From assembly GCA_963616935.1 (NCBI GenBank), contig CAVEMS010000004.1:69459-133458 (forward strand): 64,000 bases of DNA. Reading direction: 5' to 3'. A program made the translations under genes and the position numbers. This DNA comes from a bacterium. Its GTDB lineage: Bacteria; Bacillota_I; Bacilli_A; RFN20; CAG-826. Under the pieces are notes generated by a model. The model had not been told where the DNA came from. It saw only the letters and a program-made list of their open reading frames with translations, and did not search any database. Numbering within the stretch: the first letter of the stretch is position 1; every line of letters begins with the position of its first letter. Shown here one piece after another: positions 38,353-46,667 of the stretch.

Positions 38353-38843
38353 AAAACACCGAATCAATCCCAGATATGTTCCATTTTACGGCGATTTCGA
38401 TTCGATTCTGCAGGGATTTTGAGTTTTTTGGAAACATTTAAACATAACGAAAGCAAAGACTTCGTTGACGCTTTAATGCGGAAAAGATGTTTTTATTGAT
38501 TACGATAGCCGACGAACCAAATATGATTTGTCAGTTCGTGGCCTTCGTGAAATTCATAGATCTGGCGGAAACCAAGAAGAATTTCCTCGTCGACCTGGCA
38601 AGTTTCTATAACCTCCGCGAATGAAGAGAAGAACGGAACGCTCAAAGCATCCTAAGGCTCATTAGCCAAGCGATGAGTTTATGAAGTCGTTATACGTTTA
38701 CACAACAATTTGGGAACCTTCCTTAAGTGGATATGAGGATTAAACATTGGAAAACAATATCTTTGAGAAAAAGAAACATGTTTTCTGACGCAGGATTCTT
38801 TCCTCGCTGGTAAAATAGGAAGAGCAAAGCAGGAACTAAGAAA

Positions 38844-39884
38844 ATGACGGAAAATGAAATTAAGGAATTCTTCCTAGCCAACGAATATGGCCATCTCCCC
38901 TCCTTTAAGGACGTTGAGGTCTATTATGAGCTAACCGATGAGCACGACGATACGTTAGAAGCTATAAAACGAAAAGATATAAGAATCCATTTCAAAAGAA
39001 AGGGCCGTTTCACCTCTTTTGGCTTCGATTTGTTCGTCCCTAAGAACGCCAAAGGAGTTTTCGTCTTCCTTTGCAACCGACCAGTTGGGAACATATCCAA
39101 GAAAGAGATCGATCCTAACCGCGACTATAAAAGCGAGTTCTATCCCATCGAGGATATCCTAAGAAGAGGCTACGCCTGCTGCGCTTTCCTCACGAGCGAA
39201 GTCGCCGAAGACAAAAAAGGATTTCATTTCGGTATGAATTCCCTTTTCCCAGACGTGGATCATGCAATAGGAGACTCTTACGGCACCCTCCTTTTTTGGG
39301 CGAAAGGCTTCTCCTTGGTCATCGATTATCTAAAGAAAGATGAGCTTACGAAAGATCTTCCTATCGCCACGGTCGGCCACTCTAGAGGCGGCAAGACATC
39401 TTTGCTAGCAGGCGTATTAGACCAAAGAATCGATCTCGTATGCTCTTCTTGCGCTGGCTGCAGCGGAGACGCTGAGCAAAATAACTATCACAAAGGCGCG
39501 GAGACGATAGATATCATCACAAACGCTTTCCCATTTTGGTTCGCACCCAATTACAGGCAGTATAGCAATAAACCTCTCCCCTATAGTCAAAGTGATTTCT
39601 TGTCTTTAATCGCCCCACGCCTCATCTACACCTCGTCAAAGACCGAAGACCTTTGGGCGGATCCAGAAGGGGAATATGAGACCTGCATCAAGTTAGGCAA
39701 AGCTTATGAAGAAAAGGGCTTAAAAGGATTCAAGCCCATCGAACAATTCAACATAAACGAAGAGATGGTCTCCCAAGAGGGAAACATCGCCCATCACCAT
39801 TTGAAAGGAATCCATGACCTCGATAAGAGAGATTGGAATCTCTACATGGATTTTTGGGATAAGAAACTCAAAGAAAAACGTTGA
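38844..39884 (+). CDS. alpha/beta hydrolase, putative carbohydrate esterase (glucuronoyl-esterase-like)
   Basis: 346-aa protein with no signal peptide; the nucleophile motif VGHSRGGKT resembles the G-C/H-S-R-x-G motif of CE15-like esterases. The family assignment is tentative. Confidence 0.5.
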   Translation: MTENEIKEFFLANEYGHLPSFKDVEVYYELTDEHDDTLEAIKRKDIRIHFKRKGRFTSFGFDLFVPKNAKGVFVFLCNRPVGNISKKEIDPNRDYKSEFYPIEDILRRGYACCAFLTSEVAEDKKGFHFGMNSLFPDVDHAIGDSYGTLLFWAKGFSLVIDYLKKDELTKDLPIATVGHSRGGKTSLLAGVLDQRIDLVCSSCAGCSGDAEQNNYHKGAETIDIITNAFPFWFAPNYRQYSNKPLPYSQSDFLSLIAPRLIYTSSKTEDLWADPEGEYETCIKLGKAYEEKGLKGFKPIEQFNINEEMVSQEGNIAHHHLKGIHDLDKRDWNLYMDFWDKKLKEKR

Positions 39885-39935
39885 TGTAAGAAAAGCGTTA
39901 AGGATGTGCGTCTTGACGCTTTTTTGATGCAAAAA

Positions 39936-39960
39936 GAGCGGCCCCCTTTTAGAGCCGCTC
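39936..39960. terminator. bidirectional terminator hairpin GAGCGGC-N11-GCCGCTC (recurring element, copy A)
   Basis: It lies between convergent genes and is nearly identical, in reverse complement, to the element at 59704-59730. Confidence 0.5.
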
Positions 39961-39990
39961 AAATTCATAAATACAAGTAGCGTTGGATAA

Positions 39991-41208
39991 TTAAGAAGCA
40001 GAAGATGGAGTATAGACCGTGCCTGTGATGGTCAAACCATCATAGGTTGTGAGCCGGCCTTCCATATAGTGATTCCAAAGATAGGCATAGCTCTTGACCT
40101 TCAAGCTGCAGTTCGTGAACGAATTGTCGTTGCCGTTTTTCGACGCAAAGACGACGTCGATATTGTAGTTTGAGGCATCAATATTGACGTTCTTTAAAGT
40201 ATTTGTCATGAAGCGTTGACGCGAGATGAAACCATCCACCTTCGTAAGGTCAGGAGTAAAAGGGTTCATGGAGTTGCCGCCAATGACTTTGATAGTCACG
40301 TCTGTAAGGGTAGTGTTTTGCATACTGCCAGCGAGCATGGAATAATCCCCGCCATTCTCACGCCACCAAGCTTCGGTCAAAGTGAGATTCTTAATGGCCG
40401 CTCCGTCGAGTTGGTTGAAAAGGCCGTTATAAGTGGATTGGCCATTAATAGTCTTGCCATTGCCATCTAACGTTCCTTTGAAGGTGTATTTGCCAGCATC
40501 GAGCCATCCGCTGATCCAACCCCAGCTTGTTGCTCCATTAAAAGTACTCAACGAAATGTTTTCTGCAAGTTTGTAATATCCGTCGACGTTATGATCCGTG
40601 GTCGTGGCGCAAATCGGTTTGATAACGTTAAAACTCGTGGAGTTGTTATACAAATAAGCAGTCACGAAAGTGGTATCGAAGAACAGGGTGTAATATTTTC
40701 CGTCTTTATTGAGTTCGACCTCCACGGATTTGACTCCGTCATCGGAATGGTCCTCAGCAAAGCTAGAGACATCGAGAGCAGACGCATCGGTTCCTAAATC
40801 GATAGTTCCGGCCTTCATCGAAGTGATTGTGGCATCCGAATACGTTCCAAGATCAAACGCTTTGGTGGCATCGGTCATTAACACTTCTTTCGCATCGAGA
40901 GCAACGTTATAAATCCAACGCGCATCATCGCTTGCAAAACCAGACGTATCATAAGTTGTAGCTTCCCCAATGCTAGTGGATACGGGTTTTTCGTAAGAAA
41001 CCTCGTGGGTGCTGCAGCTAACCCAGTATTCGCGGACGCCTTTCGAGGTCTTAGTCGCATTTTTCTTCGCGTAATGCATCCAAGCATAACCCGAGGAGGA
41101 AGTATCCGCGAAAAGGACGCTTCCGCTAGTGGCCATCGTTATAACCACTCCAACAGCCGAAAAAGCGACCAAAGAAAGCTCGCAAACGACCAACAGTTTT
41201 TTCTTCAT
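39991..41208 (-). CDS. secreted protein with an FDGNG-type beta-helix-like module
   Basis: Signal peptide. Motif FKGTLDGNGKTINGQ...LF...IKNLTL is shared with the products of 46668..48548 and 57827..59686. Confidence 0.55.
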   Translation of the reverse strand: MKKKLLVVCELSLVAFSAVGVVITMATSGSVLFADTSSSGYAWMHYAKKNATKTSKGVREYWVSCSTHEVSYEKPVSTSIGEATTYDTSGFASDDARWIYNVALDAKEVLMTDATKAFDLGTYSDATITSMKAGTIDLGTDASALDVSSFAEDHSDDGVKSVEVELNKDGKYYTLFFDTTFVTAYLYNNSTSFNVIKPICATTTDHNVDGYYKLAENISLSTFNGATSWGWISGWLDAGKYTFKGTLDGNGKTINGQSTYNGLFNQLDGAAIKNLTLTEAWWRENGGDYSMLAGSMQNTTLTDVTIKVIGGNSMNPFTPDLTKVDGFISRQRFMTNTLKNVNIDASNYNIDVVFASKNGNDNSFTNCSLKVKSYAYLWNHYMEGRLTTYDGLTITGTVYTPSSAS

Positions 41209-41339
41209 GCTAAATCCTCCTTGATTAAAGCTAAAAATATTATAAGAAAATTCTTTTCATAAGAAAGCGCTTTCAGTTCTAAAAAACAAATTCAAGCCGA
41301 TTTTGAGCAGTATTAAGAGAAAAGCCGGCTTTTCTCGCC

Positions 41340-42533
41340 TTAATACTTCTCAATCAGAATCTCTTTGATTGAACCGATTGTGGACTGGCTGACGGAACAG
41401 GCGCTTTTCAAATAGTTTTCAATCGCCCCACTTAACGTGCCGTCTTCCGTCTTGTAGTTCTTCATGATCTGGCTATAAAGCAAACCGAAAGCGACATAAT
41501 TATTGTCGTCGTCCTGCATCACGCCGGTATCGTCGAAGGCGCCGTTAACGATATTGCTCCTCCACCTTCTGGAATTGTAGAAGCTCGTGAGCTCAAAGTC
41601 TTTGCAAAGATCGGAATAGCTGACCCCCAAAAGGCCATTGATGAGGAAAGCCAGGGTTCCTGTGCGGTCCGCACCGGCCGAGCAATGAAAGGTGAGAGGA
41701 TAGTTATCCTTATTCGAAAGCGCATTGAAGATGTTTTTGATGTTCGCTTTGGCTGTTTCGTAATATCTTCCCGCTCCAGGGACGATCGAATCGTATTGCC
41801 CCATGCCGTAATTAAAGAAATTAATTCCGCTGATTGGGTGTTCAGAGACACTATAGTCCGCGCTTGAGGTGCTGTAGCGGATATCTAGCTCAGTCTTCAT
41901 ATTCAATGCTTTTAAGCGCGATTCAGAAGTCTTGCCGACACCTGCCCAGGAAGCGCTACGATAAAGGAGAGAGTATTTCACGCGATGGGTATCGTCGATC
42001 TTCCATCCACCAAGGTCCCTCATATTGATGATCGCATCATTCGTGTCGATGGTTCTAAGATCGCCTTTGATAGAGAAAGAGTCCGTCTCCGAGACGGCGT
42101 TATCCCCTTTCACCCTATAGTAGTAAGTTCCAGGCACGAGGTTATAGACGTCAAACGAAGAAACCGAGGCCCTAAGATCATCGTAGGTCGCGTAAGGCTC
42201 AGTGAAATTCTCATCATAAGCGATTTCTAAAGCGTATCTTCCCTTGCCGTTATTCACCTTCCAACGAAGATTCAAAGGCTCCGTGTTATCCCCTGGATTC
42301 GCGGTTGCGCTAGATAAGAAAGAGGCGGGATCTTCGCTATCAAGATAATTCCTGGCCTGTTTATAGACGAGGTCAATGGCCTTGCCGCCAATCTTATCCA
42401 CGAGCGTGACACTTTCCTTTTTATCTTCCGCCGAACTTGCTTGGGGAGAAGAAGGAACACTACTCTCTCCTTCTGAGCAAGAGAATAAAGGCAAGGCGAG
42501 CAAAGCAAGCAACAGTCCGACGTTTCTTTTCAT
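41340..42533 (-). CDS. lipoprotein protein-tyrosine phosphatase (CX5R, Y_phosphatase3-like) with an N-terminal beta domain
   Basis: Lipobox LFSCS and the active-site P-loop HCSAGADRTG. Confidence 0.65.
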   Translation of the reverse strand: MKRNVGLLLALLALPLFSCSEGESSVPSSPQASSAEDKKESVTLVDKIGGKAIDLVYKQARNYLDSEDPASFLSSATANPGDNTEPLNLRWKVNNGKGRYALEIAYDENFTEPYATYDDLRASVSSFDVYNLVPGTYYYRVKGDNAVSETDSFSIKGDLRTIDTNDAIINMRDLGGWKIDDTHRVKYSLLYRSASWAGVGKTSESRLKALNMKTELDIRYSTSSADYSVSEHPISGINFFNYGMGQYDSIVPGAGRYYETAKANIKNIFNALSNKDNYPLTFHCSAGADRTGTLAFLINGLLGVSYSDLCKDFELTSFYNSRRWRSNIVNGAFDDTGVMQDDDNNYVAFGLLYSQIMKNYKTEDGTLSGAIENYLKSACSVSQSTIGSIKEILIEKY

Positions 42534-42544
42534 AATAATTTCCT

Positions 42545-43420
42545 TTAGGAGCGCATCTCCTCTCCCCCTTCGGCTTTGTAGAGCCCCGCGAGGTAATAAT
42601 CCTTAAATTGCTCGCGGTTGATGTATTTATCAAAAAGAGAGAAGCAAAGAGAATAAAGAAGGAGAAGAATGAGAGGCAACGCGAAGATACACAAAGCCAA
42701 ATGAATCAAGGCAAGCAATAACGGAGCGCTTTCCAAAAGAGAAAGGCCATATATCGAAGCGGATAGCCCAAGCGAGATGAGCAAGAACTTCCACCAATAA
42801 GGGAAATAGAGCTTCGTCGCATTCCAAATGGCTCGGAACACATTGCATTCATACACCGAAGAGAAAATCGAGGCGATCATGAAGACGGGGATCACGATAA
42901 GAGCAAGCAGGACGTAAAAAGGGATCCCGATGAAATATTCTAAGAAGAAGGCGCTCACGAAACGGCAAAGGGAAAGCAAGACGCCGAAAAAGAGAAACAG
43001 GAGCGACGTATTTAAGTAATTCTGTTGGATTCCTCTTTTGAAGTCATCCTTAAAAAGGACCCCTTCGCCCCAAAGAAGGGACTTATAAACGCGGTTCGCC
43101 CCGCTTAAAGCGAGCGAAGCGACGAAGGTGAAAATGGTTTCCAACAGAGTCCCATAAATCATCAGAACATTCATCGAAGCCTTGTAATCCGCCTCGCTTA
43201 ATTCGCCCGAAGTGAATTTTTGGTAAAAGCCCACTTCAAAACGGTTTTGGAAGAAAACGGTAACGATGATGGGCGAAAAGCACAAAGCGAGCCAAAGCCC
43301 TAAGAAAAACAAAGTCAGGGAGTTGTTCTTAAGCAGAAAGAAGAACTGATCTTTCCTGGTCTCAGGGAGGGCGCTAGGAAGGAAGTCGGTCGGGGCCGCT
43401 TTAAGCTTTCTTTTCTTCAT
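42545..43420 (-). CDS. polytopic membrane protein, probable ABC transporter permease partner
   Basis: 291-aa protein with 6 or more TM helices; it overlaps the stop of the upstream ABC ATPase by 20 bp. Confidence 0.5.
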   Translation of the reverse strand: MKKRKLKAAPTDFLPSALPETRKDQFFFLLKNNSLTLFFLGLWLALCFSPIIVTVFFQNRFEVGFYQKFTSGELSEADYKASMNVLMIYGTLLETIFTFVASLALSGANRVYKSLLWGEGVLFKDDFKRGIQQNYLNTSLLFLFFGVLLSLCRFVSAFFLEYFIGIPFYVLLALIVIPVFMIASIFSSVYECNVFRAIWNATKLYFPYWWKFLLISLGLSASIYGLSLLESAPLLLALIHLALCIFALPLILLLLYSLCFSLFDKYINREQFKDYYLAGLYKAEGGEEMRS

Positions 43421-44141
43421 AAAGATCAGCCTCCCGCATCTTCATGACAAACTCATCTTGGCTCGAGAGCATTTTGGCAGAGCTCCCCTTCAAGACGAAT
43501 TTGCCTTCCTTCATCACGTAGATAATATCCCCTACCGTCGTCGCTTCCTTGAAGGAATGGGTGACGTAAAGGATAGTTCCGCTTAATTCTTTGTTGATCT
43601 GTTTGATGAATTCGAGCACCCCTTTCTTCGTAAGGGGGTCTAGATGCCCTACCGGCTCATCCATTAGTAGCACATCGGGTTTCCCGACGAGCTCACGAGC
43701 TAAAAGCGCACGTTGCTGTTGTCCAAGCGAAAGGTATTTCGGCCTCACATTGAGGCAATGGGCGATCCCGAAACTCTCCGCGATTTTCCTCACGCGGAAG
43801 AAAAGCTCATCCCTTTCGATTTTCTTGTTCCTTAAAGGGAAAGCGATGTTCTCAAAGATAGTGAGATGGGGATATAGGCTCACATCTTGATTGATGTAGG
43901 CCATGTTCCGCTTATAAGTGGGGATGTCGTAGATATCCTTATCGCCGAAGAAAATATCCCCGTCGTATTCCACAAGCCCAAGCATCGCTTTTAGCAAAGT
44001 GGTCTTGCCACATCCTGAAGGCCCCATGATGACGCTGATCTTGCCGCTAGGAAAAGTCTCATTCATCTCAGAAATGACGAGATTTTCGTTCTTCCCCTTG
44101 CCGTAATAGCAATATAGTTCCTTGAGTCTTATATCAGGCAT
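43401..44141 (-). CDS. ABC transporter ATP-binding protein
   Basis: Walker A GPSGCGKTT, signature LSLGQQQRA and Walker B LLMDEP. Start chosen at MPDIRLKEL (44141), directly after the GH36 stop; the track ORF extends to 44228. Confidence 0.8.
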   Translation of the reverse strand: MPDIRLKELYCYYGKGKNENLVISEMNETFPSGKISVIMGPSGCGKTTLLKAMLGLVEYDGDIFFGDKDIYDIPTYKRNMAYINQDVSLYPHLTIFENIAFPLRNKKIERDELFFRVRKIAESFGIAHCLNVRPKYLSLGQQQRALLARELVGKPDVLLMDEPVGHLDPLTKKGVLEFIKQINKELSGTILYVTHSFKEATTVGDIIYVMKEGKFVLKGSSAKMLSSQDEFVMKMREADLYEEKKA

Positions 44142-44142
44142 T

Positions 44143-46449
44143 TCACTTCTTTTTGATTTTGTAGATGCGCGTGGAATAGTCAAGCATGAGCCGCTTAGCC
44201 AATCTTCCGCTCCCCCATTCGTAATCAAGCCTCATCCCCGCGTTCATAAGGGATGCCCCTAGGGCAATCGCCGTCTGCTTCTCGCTTTTTAAGCATTCCA
44301 CGTCCTTAAGCCTTTCTTTCCAATTCGGGCCAGTCAGGGTGCGTTTATCGTTTCTCGTCCTTCCATGAACTTGGTAGAAATCGAAATTCTGTTGCCTCTC
44401 CTCGACCTCATAAACGGAATCGGGATCAAGATGAACGGGCTTTAAGAAAGTCTCAGGGGAATAAAGCTCGAAGGTTTTGTTCCCAACGAAGTAAATCGCC
44501 TCTTTCTGGTCGGGAGAGACAATCACGAACTGTCCATGCGCATCTTCGACGATGGAAGAGATTTTATAGTAGTCACCAAATGCCAAAAGATGACGGTTTT
44601 GCTTATACCAGGAAATTTGTTCGCACATGCTCTTCGTATCGACGTCGCTAAGATCGTTAGGATCTAACTCATAGCCGAATGCCCCGATGCAAGCCACGTT
44701 AAAACGGTCCTCGATTTGAGACTCGCGCAAAGTCTGATGATTCGGGGAAGCCGAGACGTGCGCCCCGATGCAGGATTGGGGATAGCACATAAGAAGGCTT
44801 TCCTGAATCTTCTCCCTTTCGAAAGGCTCCGTGTCATCGCTCGCCCAAAAGGAAGGCATATAGCAAAGCATGCCTAGATCCACTCTCTCCCCTCCTGCCG
44901 CGCAGGATTCGAAAAGAATGCGAGGGAAGCGTTTCGTGATGGCGCTTAAGAAACGATATAGCCCAAGCGCATAACGATGAAGCGTCTCGCCTTGGTTATG
45001 GGTAGAGGGCGAAAGATAATCGGAAATCACCCTGTTGCAGTCCCATTTGACGTAGTCGCATTTCGCTTCCGCGATGGCGTTGCCCACGTTTTCGATTAAG
45101 TAATCAACCACCGTCGGGTTAGCGAGGTCGAGCACAAGCTGGTTGCGGCTTTCCAAAGGCTCATAGTCTTTATGAGTCAAAGCGAACTCCGGATGGGCGC
45201 GATAAAGATCGCTGTCTTTGCTCACCATCTCCGGCTCGAACCAAAGCCCGAAGAGAAGGCCCATCTCATGGATTTTGTCCGCAAGGCTTCCAATGCCATT
45301 TGGGAGCTTCGCTAAATTCGCATGCCAATCGCCAAGAGAGCCGTTATCGCTATTCCTTTTCCCGAACCAGCCATCATCCAAGACGAATAATTCGCAACCG
45401 AGTTCCTTCCCTCTTTTCGCCAAGGCGACGAGCTTCTCTTCCGTGAAGTCGAAAGTCAGCGCCTCCCAATCGTTAATGAGAACGGGGTGGTCTTTATATT
45501 GCCACTCCCCGCGGACGATATGCTCACGCACGAAACGATGATACTGATGGGTGAGTTCGTTCTCACCTTCGCTTGAATAGCAAAGGGTCGCCTCTGGGGC
45601 GAAGAATTCCTCCCCGTCGGACAAATCCCAGGAGAAGGAATCGTCGTTGATGCCGCTAAGGAAACGGACTTTGTGGAGATTGTTCCTTTCGAAATACTCC
45701 GCATGGTTCCCCGAATAAATCAAATTGAAGCCATAGCAATCGCCGCTACGCAAAGAGCAATCTGGCTTTTCCAAAACGACGAAAGGCGAATGAACGCAGC
45801 TTGAATGGCCGTTATTAGAGCCGATTTTGGTGACTCCGTGCTGAAGGGCTCTTTTCTGCAAAACGCTTTCTTTCGCCCAGGTTCCGCCAAAGGTTTTGAG
45901 GACGAATTCATCCTCGTCGAAATCGATCTGCGTCGAAAGCAGACGGTTTATCCTGACTTTCTTTCTAGACTCGTTTTTTAGCGAAGAACTCCTAGTGATG
46001 ACATCGCTATCGGGATAGGTCGAATAATAAAGGCATAAGGTGAGTTTCTTAGCCTTGTCTTTAAGATAGATGGCCAAAGTCTCTTCCTTATGGTTCGCGC
46101 TAGGGAGCCCAGGTATTTCAAAGCCATGAAGGATCTCGTGCCTATCATAAAGGAATTCGCACTCGAGGTCGCCCATGCAATCGATCTGAAGCAAAAGCTC
46201 GCGAGTATCGCCTCTTCCTTTAAACGAGCACTCTTGGCTAAGGTGGTCAAGGTAGGCGAGGTAATGATCGTTTTTCATCATCACCCCATATCCGAAGCCC
46301 TCTTTTTCTTCGAGGAAGGAATAATCCTTCTCGTTTGGGATGGCTTTCCCATAGTAGATATGCTCAAGGATACCCAAAGGATTGACCTTAAATAGATATG
46401 TCGACCCCTTCGTGTCGATCTTGAAGTAGTTGCCTTGGATAGTGATCAT
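44143..46449 (-). CDS. alpha-galactosidase, glycoside hydrolase family 36
   Basis: 768-aa protein carrying the GH36 hallmark FVLDDGWFGKRNSDNGSLGDW, a CxxGGxR region and an N-terminal GH36N-like beta-sandwich. Confidence 0.85.
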   Translation of the reverse strand: MITIQGNYFKIDTKGSTYLFKVNPLGILEHIYYGKAIPNEKDYSFLEEKEGFGYGVMMKNDHYLAYLDHLSQECSFKGRGDTRELLLQIDCMGDLECEFLYDRHEILHGFEIPGLPSANHKEETLAIYLKDKAKKLTLCLYYSTYPDSDVITRSSSLKNESRKKVRINRLLSTQIDFDEDEFVLKTFGGTWAKESVLQKRALQHGVTKIGSNNGHSSCVHSPFVVLEKPDCSLRSGDCYGFNLIYSGNHAEYFERNNLHKVRFLSGINDDSFSWDLSDGEEFFAPEATLCYSSEGENELTHQYHRFVREHIVRGEWQYKDHPVLINDWEALTFDFTEEKLVALAKRGKELGCELFVLDDGWFGKRNSDNGSLGDWHANLAKLPNGIGSLADKIHEMGLLFGLWFEPEMVSKDSDLYRAHPEFALTHKDYEPLESRNQLVLDLANPTVVDYLIENVGNAIAEAKCDYVKWDCNRVISDYLSPSTHNQGETLHRYALGLYRFLSAITKRFPRILFESCAAGGERVDLGMLCYMPSFWASDDTEPFEREKIQESLLMCYPQSCIGAHVSASPNHQTLRESQIEDRFNVACIGAFGYELDPNDLSDVDTKSMCEQISWYKQNRHLLAFGDYYKISSIVEDAHGQFVIVSPDQKEAIYFVGNKTFELYSPETFLKPVHLDPDSVYEVEERQQNFDFYQVHGRTRNDKRTLTGPNWKERLKDVECLKSEKQTAIALGASLMNAGMRLDYEWGSGRLAKRLMLDYSTRIYKIKKK

Positions 46450-46467
46450 TTTAAACCTCTATTTCGC

Positions 46468-46520
46468 CTTCTAGGCTTTCTAACCTATATTTTAAGACCG
46501 AATGGGCTTAAGCCTAGAAG
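46468..46520. other. long hairpin: 11-bp inverted repeat CTTCTAGGCTT ... AAGCCTAGAAG with a 31-nt loop in a 218-bp intra-cluster gap
   Basis: Seen directly; it lies between the 626-aa lipoprotein gene and the GH36 gene on the transcribed minus strand. Confidence 0.4.
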
Positions 46521-46667
46521 AATATCTTCTTGAGAATCCTATAAGCATGGTGTTTTGGCGTCTACTTAGTCTTGCAAGAAGAGCGAAAGACTATGCTCCG
46601 TAAAGGAATTGCTTTCGATAGGAAGCGCGCGAAACGGGAAAGCGATTCCGCACGGAGATTCTTCCTT

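Noticed and set aside
38480-38640. Short open frame (...AFVKFIDLAETKKNFLVDLASFYNLRE) in the 490-bp intergenic region upstream of 38844
   Set aside because: Too short, with no start or RBS context. It is possibly a gene remnant, and the evidence is insufficient to call a feature.
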